From positions 32,401 through 96,400 of IMG/VR virus record IMGVR_UViG_3300035661_000025: a stretch of 64,000 nt of DNA. The stretch is one strand, 5' to 3'. The notes under the pieces were generated by a model that had not been told where the DNA came from, searched no databases, and saw only the letters and a list, made by a program, of their open reading frames with translations. Source of the DNA: a virus. Shown here one piece after another: positions 46,839-56,206 of the stretch (within the stretch, counting starts at the first letter, position 1; each line of letters starts with the position of its first letter). The position numbers and the translations under genes are program-made.

Positions 46839-46976
46839 ATTAGACGGTGGCTCAAATGATGAAAAAGAGCTTTTGGGAAAAATTGAAAGATAATGCAGAA
46901 ATTTTAATTAAATATAGACAGCTATTGCTTTTAAAAGATCTATAAGATCTAATGAATTTAGGATAAGGAATAAATT

Positions 46977-48149
46977 ATGGCATTAATATTAAGAAGAGAC
47001 AAAGGTACTGTATTAACACACAATGAAGTGGATGATAATTTCGTTTATCTAGATACCACTGCTGTAAAGTTAACAGGCAGTCAAACTATAGATGGAGTTA
47101 AAACATTCACTAGTACAATTGCTGGTTCAATTACTGGTAATTCAGAAACAGTAACTAATGGTGTTTATACAATTGGAAATCAATCCATAGATGGAGTTAA
47201 AACATTCACTAGTACAATTGCTGGTTCAATTACTGGTAATTCAGAAACAGTAACTAATGGTGTTTATACAATTGGCAATCAGATTATTGCAGGAACAAAA
47301 ACATTCTCTAGTACAATTATTGGGTCAATTTCAGGTAATGCAGCTACAGTAACTGATGGAGTTTATGCTAGTACCACTCAAACTATTACAGGAGCTAAAA
47401 CATTTACTACAATTATTACTGGTAATATTTCAGGAAATGCAGCTACAGTAACAAATGGTGTTTATACAACAGGAAACCAAACTATAGCTGGTGTTAAAAC
47501 TTTTTCAGATGGTATAGTAGCAAATACAACAGGTAATGCAACAACAGTAACTGATGGAGTTTATGCTAGTACCACTCAAACTATTACAGGAGCTAAAACA
47601 TTTACTCAGATAATTACTGGGTCAATTTCAGGTAATGCTGGAACAGTTACAAATGGAGTTTATACAACAGGAAACCAAACGATAGCTGGTGTTAAAACAT
47701 TCTCTAGTACCATTACTGGGTCAATTTCAGGTAATGCTGGAACAGTAACTGATGGAGTTTATGCTAGTACCACTCAAACTATTACAGGAGCTAAAACATT
47801 CTCTAGTACAATTATAGGATCAATTTCGGGAAATGCTGGAACAGTAACTGATGGAGTTTATGCTAGTACCACTCAAACTATTACAGGAGCTAAAACATTC
47901 TCTAGTACCATTACTGGGTCAATTACTGGTAATGCTGGAACAGTTACAAATGGAGTTTATACTGTAGGAAATCAGTCAATAGCTGGTGTTAAAACATTTA
48001 TTGATGATGTTGTTATGACTCCTAGTGCATCAGTTGTTCCAGTAAATAACGGGGATATGATGTTTGAATTAACATCTGATACATCATTAACGATAAAAGT
48101 AAAAGGTTCAGATGGCGTAGTTCGTAGTACAGTTTTAACTTTAGCATAA
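46977..48149 (+). CDS. fibre protein with 33-aa tandem repeats
   Basis: Ten Q.I.G.KTF units; shared N-terminal LRRDKG..LT..EVD.NF; C-terminal IKVKGSDGVVRS. Confidence 0.85.
   Translation: MALILRRDKGTVLTHNEVDDNFVYLDTTAVKLTGSQTIDGVKTFTSTIAGSITGNSETVTNGVYTIGNQSIDGVKTFTSTIAGSITGNSETVTNGVYTIGNQIIAGTKTFSSTIIGSISGNAATVTDGVYASTTQTITGAKTFTTIITGNISGNAATVTNGVYTTGNQTIAGVKTFSDGIVANTTGNATTVTDGVYASTTQTITGAKTFTQIITGSISGNAGTVTNGVYTTGNQTIAGVKTFSSTITGSISGNAGTVTDGVYASTTQTITGAKTFSSTIIGSISGNAGTVTDGVYASTTQTITGAKTFSSTITGSITGNAGTVTNGVYTVGNQSIAGVKTFIDDVVMTPSASVVPVNNGDMMFELTSDTSLTIKVKGSDGVVRSTVLTLA
47060..48000 (+). repeat. 99-bp coding tandem repeat, about 9.5 copies
   Basis: e.g. ATAGATGGAGTTAAAACATTCACTAGTACAATT at 47088 and 47187. 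Confidence 0.9.
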
Positions 48150-48156
48150 TTTATTA

Positions 48157-48178
48157 GAAGGGTTAAGTGTAACCCTTC
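48157..48178 (+). terminator. hairpin after fibre gene
   Basis: GAAGGGTTA-AGTG-TAACCCTTC. Confidence 0.6.
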
Positions 48179-48236
48179 ATAATATATTAAGTTTATTATG
48201 TTATAATATTGTATTAAAAATTAAAGGATAGAAGAA

Positions 48237-48467
48237 ATGAAAACACAAGTATTCAAAACAGAAGCGGTTAAGACCATTAAAGTAAAAGGTGAGCTTGTAG
48301 AATTGAATAATGGAGAATATGCAATTAAATTATATGATGGACGTATTATGGTTCCGGTTCTTACTTTTATGGAAAGTAGAGATATGACAGGCAATAGCCT
48401 TACTGGTTATGATGAAGAGTTTTATGCTAGAGGAATGTCTTTTAGCAATAAAATAAATATTGCTTAA
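48237..48467 (+). CDS. hypothetical early protein
   Basis: TTAAG-N7-TGTTATAAT at 48187-48207, AAGGA RBS. Confidence 0.7.
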   Translation: MKTQVFKTEAVKTIKVKGELVELNNGEYAIKLYDGRIMVPVLTFMESRDMTGNSLTGYDEEFYARGMSFSNKINIA

Positions 48468-48486
48468 GAGTTTTCGCTCTTAAGCA
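48461..48486. terminator. hairpin at convergent gene junction
   Basis: TGCTTAAGAG-TTTTCG-CTCTTAAGCA then TTTT. Confidence 0.55.
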
Positions 48487-48994
48487 TTTTTATAATATCA
48501 TGAGTGCTTGAAATGAAATTGTTTTGAGTATTATTGACTGTATTTGGACCTTCTTGTTTGCCAAAATTCATAATTTCTTTTTGAACTTGTACGATGTCTT
48601 TATATATAGAGCTAAGCAATTTCAAAGATTGGTTGACTGCATTAGTTAATTCAGCAAATGAAGTTATCATTTGAGCTTTTCTTTCAGAATCAGAAATTAA
48701 TAACTCATCAGCAACTGATTGTAATATCAATCTTCCGCTTTTAACAGTACTTAACAACGTTTCACGAATTGTCATGAAATCTTCTTTTAAAAGTGATGTT
48801 TTAATTACACTTTCAGCAACTTCTACTGGAAGTTCAATTGGATTTGTTTCAAATGTAGCTTCTTGAGGTAAAGTTTCTAAAATATATTCATGCATTTCAT
48901 CAGCTGCACTTTCTGCTATATCAAATTGAGAGGCAATTTTATCTAATTTTTTAGATAATTGTTCCCCTCTTTTTATTTTTTCCGCTAAGCTCAT
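48464..48994 (-). CDS. gp16: terminase small subunit (gp16-like)
   Basis: DF..IRETL helical body; NNTQNNFISST.DIIKML C-terminus. Confidence 0.65.
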   Translation of the reverse strand: MSLAEKIKRGEQLSKKLDKIASQFDIAESAADEMHEYILETLPQEATFETNPIELPVEVAESVIKTSLLKEDFMTIRETLLSTVKSGRLILQSVADELLISDSERKAQMITSFAELTNAVNQSLKLLSSIYKDIVQVQKEIMNFGKQEGPNTVNNTQNNFISSTHDIIKMLKSENS

Positions 48995-49665
48995 AACTCT
49001 CCTTTAGGTGATGGATCAAACCCATTATAAACATTAGCTATTACATGATTTATTATTTTTCCATCTTTTATAGGAGGATATAAGTTACCATTAAGAGATA
49101 ATGAAATTTCAGCAGTAACAAGACGTATATTATCATCCATAGACAAATCCGTATCAAGATTCCATGATACTTCGTTAATTTTAACAGGTATATTAGTGTA
49201 TTCAGAATGAAATTCAATATCTTTTATTTTTAAAGTATATGTTGGGTTAAACATTGGTACTATTTGCTCTACTATCATTGTTAAATCTGTAAATGTATCA
49301 GCTAAAATATGAAGAGTAAAATCGAAAGTCCACGCTACAGAATTATACGTGTATGTTATATTCTTTCCATCATCATTTATCTTTAATGTTTTATTTAATT
49401 TGTTTGTGTCTCTCTCTGGAGCTTTGCTCATTCCATCAAAAGATAAAGCCATTCTAGGTAGAACATTATATTTAGATTCTCGATATTTTGTATAATCATC
49501 ATCTGTTAATGTGTAAGCTTTTTGAGCCGAAGCAAAAGAGATAGGTACTATGTAATCAGATTCTTCAATGTTTGTTTCTGAGAATCTTTTTACATGTATA
49601 TCATTAAAAGTATCTTTTAATGCGGCTGTGTATCGCCGCAAACTGTAGTGATGAAAAAAATTCAT
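48991..49665 (-). CDS. gp15: tail sheath stabiliser/terminator gp15-like
   Basis: F.H.S.RRY...F.DI.V.R, VPISFA, LPRM, IVEQI.P.F.P, LYPP. Confidence 0.9.
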   Translation of the reverse strand: MNFFHHYSLRRYTAALKDTFNDIHVKRFSETNIEESDYIVPISFASAQKAYTLTDDDYTKYRESKYNVLPRMALSFDGMSKAPERDTNKLNKTLKINDDGKNITYTYNSVAWTFDFTLHILADTFTDLTMIVEQIVPMFNPTYTLKIKDIEFHSEYTNIPVKINEVSWNLDTDLSMDDNIRLVTAEISLSLNGNLYPPIKDGKIINHVIANVYNGFDPSPKGEL

Positions 49666-49685
49666 CTAAATTCCTTTCGGATAAA

Positions 49686-50177
49686 TTATGCCCAGTGACT
49701 ATAAGCAAATGTAACTGTGAATTCTGAAATTGTATCAGCTGAATCTGATGCAAGATCTACTGATGAAATTACAGTTGGGTATGCGTTGAATAAAACGAAC
49801 TCACGAGTTGGGTTGTTTTTAGAATCCAATTGTGTTACGCTCAAGTTAACCATGTATTCATCATTACCACTGACTGATTTTTGTTCAGTTAAATAACTAT
49901 CAATTTTTGCAATTTCTTGAGTGAAAATATCTCGAAGATTCAAATCTTCTGTATTGTAAAATGTAACATCCCATGTTCCTGCATATTGAGCTTCTCCAGC
50001 AACCAATAATTTACGTCCACGATGCCAAACTTCTACAGTTCCTAATGTAACATCAGGTAATGAAGTTGCCTTAGCTAGTACGTCCATTTCCTGAGCACTT
50101 GAATAAGGCAAATTAATTCGGTATTTGTTAGCACGAGCTCCAAGGCCTAAAGTACTCTTTAAAAGATCAAGACTCAT
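49686..50177 (-). CDS. gp19: tail tube protein gp19-like
   Basis: ARANKY, LP..TLG.VEV..RGRK..AG, W.VTFYN, YP..IS.VDL, EFTVTFAYS.W. Confidence 0.85.
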   Translation of the reverse strand: MSLDLLKSTLGLGARANKYRINLPYSSAQEMDVLAKATSLPDVTLGTVEVWHRGRKLLVAGEAQYAGTWDVTFYNTEDLNLRDIFTQEIAKIDSYLTEQKSVSGNDEYMVNLSVTQLDSKNNPTREFVLFNAYPTVISSVDLASDSADTISEFTVTFAYSHWA

Positions 50178-50197
50178 ATGTTCTCCTATATGTTTTG

Positions 50198-50220
50198 TAT
50201 AAATATCTTATATATTTATA
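50198..50220. promoter_or_regulatory. pair of divergent late promoters
   Basis: TATAAATA 50198-50205 (+) and TATTTATA 50213-50220 (-). Confidence 0.7.
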
Positions 50221-50245
50221 TCATTAAAAACTGGGAGATAAAAAA

Positions 50246-50731
50246 ATGAGCATGATGCCTCAATTGCAAAAAATCAAATCAACCAATATAGATAGCCCCA
50301 ATAAATTTGATGTTACTATATCTAAAGGGTTATTAACCATAGAAGAAGCCCAGCTATCATTAAAATCTATAAATATACCTCAATACAATGATGAATCTAT
50401 AGAAACCTTTTTCAACAATAGATGGGTTATGACTAGAGGAAGAGCCTCTATTTTTCAAATTCAGTTAACTCTAAGAAATATAAAATCATTGTATTTGTAT
50501 CAAAGGTATCTTAAATGGATGAATGATAATGTAAATGAGTATCCTATAAAACAATATGTTGACATAGAAGTTACTTACACCGGAAATTTTAAAGGTCAAA
50601 CCCATAAAACCATTATTTTTAAAGATTGTTTAATGTCTAATTTATCAGATTTGGCATTTGACCATAGTATAACCAACAGCACATTAGATTTTTCTGTTGG
50701 TTTTAAATCTAATAGCATGATAATTAAATAA
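50246..50731 (+). CDS. tube-fold baseplate protein (gp54-like)
   Basis: PNKF.V, SINIP, DFSV.F tube-like pattern; position. Confidence 0.6.
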   Translation: MSMMPQLQKIKSTNIDSPNKFDVTISKGLLTIEEAQLSLKSINIPQYNDESIETFFNNRWVMTRGRASIFQIQLTLRNIKSLYLYQRYLKWMNDNVNEYPIKQYVDIEVTYTGNFKGQTHKTIIFKDCLMSNLSDLAFDHSITNSTLDFSVGFKSNSMIIK

Positions 50732-50760
50732 ATATATAAAATATAAAAAAAAGGATATTG

Positions 50761-51435
50761 ATGTTACCTAAAATACAACCTACTTATTACGATTTTGAAA
50801 TTAATGGAAAAATTGTAGAGTTCAGAGCTTGGAAAACTAAAGACGAAAAAGAGTTTTTGATTTTACAAACAACTAAAGATGAAATTTCTGATGAAGATCT
50901 ATACAACTCATTGGTTAAGCCTTGTTTAAAAAACCCTGATATTAAATTGACTGAGGGTGAAAAACAAATGCTTATGATTGAAATAAGAAAAAAATCTTTT
51001 GGTGATAGTATAGATGTTCAATTTACATGTGGGAATTGTAAAAAATATAATGAAACTAAAATGAAACTTAGTGATATTGTAAAATATACACCTTATAGAT
51101 TTGAAAAAATCACAAAAAATGGAATATCTATTAGTTTTAGAAATGAAATTGATGTTTCTAAATTACCTAAAAATTCAGTCGCAGAATATAATTTCTCAAA
51201 ATTTGTAATGCATGTTGAAACAATTACTATAGACAATGAAGTTCATAGAGATTTTTCATTCGATGAAGCATTTTCATTTTTTGATGAGTTAGAAGCAGAG
51301 ACTTTTGATTATTTCTTTAATGAATATTCAAAGCAATTGGAAGATGTTAGCTATCATTCCGTAGAAAAATGTATGTTCTGTAAAACTGAACAAGATATTG
51401 GATTAGGTGATATCCCAAATTTATTTCCATGGTAA
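50761..51435 (+). CDS. gp26-like baseplate hub/tail assembly chaperone
   Basis: LPKI..TYY, FR.W..KDEK, IRKKS.G, CGNC, CMFC. Confidence 0.85.
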   Translation: MLPKIQPTYYDFEINGKIVEFRAWKTKDEKEFLILQTTKDEISDEDLYNSLVKPCLKNPDIKLTEGEKQMLMIEIRKKSFGDSIDVQFTCGNCKKYNETKMKLSDIVKYTPYRFEKITKNGISISFRNEIDVSKLPKNSVAEYNFSKFVMHVETITIDNEVHRDFSFDEAFSFFDELEAETFDYFFNEYSKQLEDVSYHSVEKCMFCKTEQDIGLGDIPNLFPW

Positions 51436-51590
51436 TTACGAGTACCACGCTCAGTGACTTGTACAATTATTATAATAATATGAAATATTATGGAAACTAT
51501 ACTACATTTGAAATAGATGATATGTACCCATTTGAGCGTGAGATTTACCATGGATTATTATTTGAGACTCGAAAAATCAATAATGAATAA
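51429..51590 (+). CDS. gp51-like small ORF (not in ORF track), -1 frame of upstream gene
   Basis: L...Y..MKY.G.Y..EI..MYPFEREIY..LL. Confidence 0.75.
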   Translation: MVITSTTLSDLYNYYNNMKYYGNYTTFEIDDMYPFEREIYHGLLFETRKINNE

Positions 51591-51613
51591 AACAATGAAA
51601 GGAGAACTTAAAT

Positions 51614-54460
51614 TTGGAAAATAAAGAAAATAACGGGCTCCTTTCTAAATTAAAGGGGTTTCGCGATTCTACAGCCGAGTCTGTAGAAAAGATAGGAAAT
51701 TCAAAAGCTGTAAAAACTGTAAAAGGTACTAAAAACGTTTTAAGTTATTTGTTTACAGATAAAGGTTATGAGAAACATTCCAAAGATATTCATAAGACTT
51801 TAAAAGATACAGTTAAAAATATAGTTTTATCTGAATATCAAAAAGAGAAAAAAGATTTTGAAGAAAATTTAAAACAAACTATAGATATTTTATTAAAAGA
51901 TTTGAAAGGTGATGAAGCCGATGAAATCAAAGATAAAATAATGAAAGAAACCGTTTCAAAAATAATGAAACGAGATAAAGATGAATTGTCTAAAATAATG
52001 AAAGATAGTAAATTGATGACTGAAGAATTTACTGCTTCATTAGATGGTGCAATGAAGCCATTTGAAAAAGTTCTTTCTCCAGATCATTTTTCTGATACAA
52101 TAGATAATGCAATCAAACGTGCTTTTTTTGGAGATATTGAACAGAAAAATCAAAAAGAAAATAAAAAAGTATTTGATGAAATATCTAATAAAGTTGATAA
52201 TTTACCAGATTCAGATGAAATTAATTTATCTATAAAATCTATAGTAAAAGAAGCTGAAGGTAAATTATCAAAAAGAGTAAATAAGTTAGACACCAAGCTT
52301 ACTAAGTTATTGCTTAAATCACATAGGCCTGATTTAGATTTTGATAATGCAATGGCTGGAAAAAATCTTGGCGAAAATAAACCAGGATTATTCAAAAAAT
52401 TGGACACTAATTTAAAAACTGACCAATCTGTGAATAAAGATTCCAGTGGCGGCGGATTATTAGATATGTTTTTAGGCGGTGCCAGCGCTGTAGGTGCATG
52501 GGCTGCCATGAAAAAAATGTTAGGTATTGGCAAAACACCGGTTAATGAGTCAGTTAATCCTAAAGTTAAACCAAATTCATGGTCAACTAAATTAGGTGAT
52601 GTTGAAGCCGGATCTGATATTAAACCAGTAAATAAATTAGCTCCAGTAAAACCGTTAGCTCAGTCGGCACCTGTAAGTGACGTTAGCAGATTATCAAAAT
52701 TAACGTCTAAAATTCCTACGGGTGTTTCAAAAGGGTTAAAGGTTGCTGGAAATGTAGCTAGTAAAGTTGCAGTTCCCTTAACGGGTGCAATTGCTGGATA
52801 TGATAGATATAATCAAGTAAAAAATGATGAAACATTATCTACGGGTCAAAAAACAACTAAGGTAGCGGCAACCGCCGGAGGAGCAATGGCAGGAGCCGCT
52901 ACGGGTGCAATGGCAGGAGCCGCTATTGGAAGTGTAGTTCCTGTTTTTGGTACTGCTATTGGAGGTATTGTTGGTGGTATTGCCGGTGCATATTTAGGGC
53001 AAAAAGGTGGTGATGCTTTAGGTGATTATGCAAGCTCAAAAATGCAATCACCTAAAGCGCCAGCTGGATATATCCCACAAAAAACAGTTCCTGGTATAAA
53101 ACAAGGACCTGTTCCAGATGGTATGTTACCTCCGCCTCCTCTATTAGTAAAACAAATAGATCGTGTAGAAAACGCGGCTGATAAATTAGAAGGTCTTAGT
53201 GGAACATCTAAAGTTTCTAAAAATAACAAAACTGTTATTAAAAAACCAGTAACTATAGATCAAAAAGTAGCTAAGATAGAACAAAATACTAAAGATATTT
53301 CTAAAAACGTTAGTATATTGACTAGAAACCTTATAAAAGAGAAACAAAAAGAATCTTTAGGATTTGATACCACCACAGCTAATAAACCAGATAAATCAGT
53401 TAAAATTGAAGCTACAAATGTTGCTGATGAAGGTGATGATGATGATAATAAAGGATTTTTAGGTTCTATAACTTCAGGATATCAAAATAATGGATTATCT
53501 GGTTCAATTAAAGCAGGTGCTCAATATATTTCTAATAAAGTGTCTTCAGGTGGAGGACTTTTTGGAGGATCTAATAATGGCGGCGGTTCCGCATCTCCTG
53601 GATCATTTTTCTCAAAAGCTTGGCAAAATGCTTCTAACGCTGTAACTAATATAGGTAATTCAATCAAAGGAAAAGGTTTCAAGCTAAGTGGTGGCGTAAA
53701 TTACCAAGGAGTTAATTCTGGGGTCAAAAAGAATTTTGAAGAAATGGCTGCAGAATATAAGCAAAAAACTGGTAAAGATATTTTAATCACTTCTGGATAT
53801 AGATCTTCTGAAGAACAAGCTAGATTGTATGCTTCCAAACCAAAAGGGATGGCAGCAAAACCAGGAAGATCTATGCATGAATATGGTATGGCTATAGATA
53901 TAGATCCATCTAACGCAAATGACTTGGCTAATATGGGGTTATTATCAAAATATGGATTTGATAGACCTTACTTATATAATAGAGGTGAGACTTGGCATAT
54001 AGAACCAGTAGGTTTAAATAAAGATGCTATAATGAAAGCTGGTTATCAAAACACTCAAGCAGCAACAGCCAAAACTTCAACACCCTCAACTCAATCATCT
54101 GGAGTAAGCAAAAAACCTACAGCTACAGATATGGCTACGGATGGTGTAGATACACAAACATTAGAAGCCGATAAGGAAGAAGATTCTGTTGCAGCAGCAT
54201 TAGACAAAAAGACTTATTCATCACCAACAGTTTCTAATCCTAAAGCAGTATCAGTAGATATAAAACCATCAGATTCACCAGTTACAGTTGCTCATCAAAA
54301 TGATAAACTAGATACTACAAAAACTAAAAAAGCGGCTCCTATTGTTATAAATAATCAAAATAATAATAGTAAAAGCGAAAAAGCTCGCGACAAATCAGAA
54401 TTCGGAATGAAACATTTAGAAAGCGTTAATCCGTATATCACGGCATTAATGACTTTGTAA
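51614..54460 (+). CDS. tape-measure/gp29-like protein with M15 (VanY-like) peptidase domain
   Basis: Long helical, Gly/Ala zipper; ITSGYRS..EQ, PGRSMHEYG.AIDI, ETWHIE. Confidence 0.8.
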   Translation: MENKENNGLLSKLKGFRDSTAESVEKIGNSKAVKTVKGTKNVLSYLFTDKGYEKHSKDIHKTLKDTVKNIVLSEYQKEKKDFEENLKQTIDILLKDLKGDEADEIKDKIMKETVSKIMKRDKDELSKIMKDSKLMTEEFTASLDGAMKPFEKVLSPDHFSDTIDNAIKRAFFGDIEQKNQKENKKVFDEISNKVDNLPDSDEINLSIKSIVKEAEGKLSKRVNKLDTKLTKLLLKSHRPDLDFDNAMAGKNLGENKPGLFKKLDTNLKTDQSVNKDSSGGGLLDMFLGGASAVGAWAAMKKMLGIGKTPVNESVNPKVKPNSWSTKLGDVEAGSDIKPVNKLAPVKPLAQSAPVSDVSRLSKLTSKIPTGVSKGLKVAGNVASKVAVPLTGAIAGYDRYNQVKNDETLSTGQKTTKVAATAGGAMAGAATGAMAGAAIGSVVPVFGTAIGGIVGGIAGAYLGQKGGDALGDYASSKMQSPKAPAGYIPQKTVPGIKQGPVPDGMLPPPPLLVKQIDRVENAADKLEGLSGTSKVSKNNKTVIKKPVTIDQKVAKIEQNTKDISKNVSILTRNLIKEKQKESLGFDTTTANKPDKSVKIEATNVADEGDDDDNKGFLGSITSGYQNNGLSGSIKAGAQYISNKVSSGGGLFGGSNNGGGSASPGSFFSKAWQNASNAVTNIGNSIKGKGFKLSGGVNYQGVNSGVKKNFEEMAAEYKQKTGKDILITSGYRSSEEQARLYASKPKGMAAKPGRSMHEYGMAIDIDPSNANDLANMGLLSKYGFDRPYLYNRGETWHIEPVGLNKDAIMKAGYQNTQAATAKTSTPSTQSSGVSKKPTATDMATDGVDTQTLEADKEEDSVAAALDKKTYSSPTVSNPKAVSVDIKPSDSPVTVAHQNDKLDTTKTKKAAPIVINNQNNNSKSEKARDKSEFGMKHLESVNPYITALMTL

Positions 54461-54472
54461 TAAGAGGGAAAA

Positions 54473-55372
54473 ATGAATAATGCTAAGACAACATCTTTAG
54501 GCGGAACAACTTCAAATAATAAATCAAGTACACCTAAAGGCTTAATTTTTCCAACGAGAACTGCAGCATTAGAACAGGAGCCATATATATGTATAACTGC
54601 AGCATATGAAAATGAAGATTCTAAAAAAGGTGATAAACGATATAAAGCTTTAGCACCTGCTTTAGAAATAAAAGGTTCTGTGGTTTTGCCTATGCCTAAT
54701 CAAATACAAGATGCTCAAGAGCATATGTGGTCTACATATTCAATAACAGACTCTGTTCAAGAATTTGCCGGAGAGGTTGGATCTGCATTGGGTGGTGTTG
54801 CTTCAAAAATTGCAGGAGCAGCGTCTACCGTTGGAGGATTGGTCGCATCTAATGGGCTTATTAGTAAATTATCAAGACGAACAACCGGAGTTGGTATAGA
54901 TCCAAACACTAGATTGGAATACACTGGAGAAGGACTAAGGGAATTTACTTTCAATTTTACATTGTTACCTGAGTCAGCTGCGGATGCAACTGCAATAAAA
55001 AATATAATTAAATTCTTTAGAGTATTTGGAACTGGTATAAAATCTCAAACATCAGGGGATATGACTGCTAGCGTAAGTGAGGGTCTTCAAGCTATAGGAG
55101 TTAATAATATTAATGCATTTATAAAAGAGCCTCATGTGTTCATTATAAATTTTGCTAATCCTCATATTAATGATATGCTAATGCCTATAGATTGTGTATT
55201 GGTTAATTTTAGTACATCATTTTTTGAAGATGGTTATGCCGCATTTTTCAAAGATGGTATGCCAAAAAAAGTATCTATTTCTATGACATTTAAAGAGCGT
55301 TATACATTATATGCCCAGGATTGGTTAAAAACTTCTTCAGGTGTAAGTGTAGGAAAAACTGATAAAATTTAA
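54473..55372 (+). CDS. gp48: baseplate tail-tube cap gp48-like
   Basis: LPMP..I.D...W, DPN...Y.G..LREFTF.F.L.P, G.P....MTFKE. Confidence 0.85.
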   Translation: MNNAKTTSLGGTTSNNKSSTPKGLIFPTRTAALEQEPYICITAAYENEDSKKGDKRYKALAPALEIKGSVVLPMPNQIQDAQEHMWSTYSITDSVQEFAGEVGSALGGVASKIAGAASTVGGLVASNGLISKLSRRTTGVGIDPNTRLEYTGEGLREFTFNFTLLPESAADATAIKNIIKFFRVFGTGIKSQTSGDMTASVSEGLQAIGVNNINAFIKEPHVFIINFANPHINDMLMPIDCVLVNFSTSFFEDGYAAFFKDGMPKKVSISMTFKERYTLYAQDWLKTSSGVSVGKTDKI

Positions 55373-55381
55373 GGAACAAAT

Positions 55382-56206
55382 ATGAAATCTAGAATAAAAT
55401 TTGATGATATTGTAACAACATCTAAATATGGAGAATTTTCCTTTAAAAATTTTACTAGAAATTTGAATTTAATTCCTGATGAGTATTTTAAAGATGATTA
55501 TTATAATAAAATTTTAGTAGATGATGATTTAACTTTTGAATTATGTTCATTAGGAATATATGGAGTAACCGATTATTGGGATATCTTGATGATATACAAT
55601 AAAATTAACGACCCTTTAGTATTACCTAAATCCACTTATGTAGTTTCAGATTTGGTTGATGTTAAGTTTAATAAATGGTTAGAACGTTACTTAAGAAAAG
55701 GTAAAGACATAGACGTTCCAGATATAATGATTAAAGATAATATTTGGTACATGTTTGTTGCTGATGAATATTCTACAAGAATAGAAAATAAAGAACTTAT
55801 TACCAAACAATCTGAGTACAACAAACAAATAGACGAAAAAACTCTTAAATTAACATTGTTAGAATCAGAGTATGAATCTATAAAAGATGACGGGTCCGAA
55901 TACGGTGTATTTAGAAGAAAAAATTTAAGACAAGAAATATATGATATTAGAGAAGAAATATTTAAAATTCAAGAAATAATTTTAGATTTAGTAGAAGATG
56001 GCATTGAACCTAAAGGAACATGGGTTCCTATTAAACAAAAAGATGCTGAAAAATTAATTAATAAAAATACTTCAACAATGGTTAAGAATGTTTATGATAA
56101 AATGATGAATGATGAATTGATTAAAAATGAACAATATAGATACATTAAATATCCTAAAAGAGAATATTTAGCAAAAATTCTAGATTTCATAAACAAAGGA
56201 CTTTAA
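55382..56206 (+). CDS. gp53: baseplate wedge gp53-like with coiled-coil insertion
   Basis: E..S..IYG..DYW.ILM.YN.I.DP..LP; NE..RYIKYPK..YL. Confidence 0.75.
   Translation: MKSRIKFDDIVTTSKYGEFSFKNFTRNLNLIPDEYFKDDYYNKILVDDDLTFELCSLGIYGVTDYWDILMIYNKINDPLVLPKSTYVVSDLVDVKFNKWLERYLRKGKDIDVPDIMIKDNIWYMFVADEYSTRIENKELITKQSEYNKQIDEKTLKLTLLESEYESIKDDGSEYGVFRRKNLRQEIYDIREEIFKIQEIILDLVEDGIEPKGTWVPIKQKDAEKLINKNTSTMVKNVYDKMMNDELIKNEQYRYIKYPKREYLAKILDFINKGL

Noticed and set aside
46807-46966. Additional small ORF(s) before the repeat fibre gene
   Set aside because: Only short overlapping fragments (MQSRYNKHLNE..., MMKKSFWEKL...); cannot tell gene from frameshifted remnant
47060-48000. Regular repeats as CRISPR array or DGR template/variable repeats
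   Set aside because: In-frame 99-bp coding repeats without unique spacers; no reverse transcriptase in window; differences not adenine-specific
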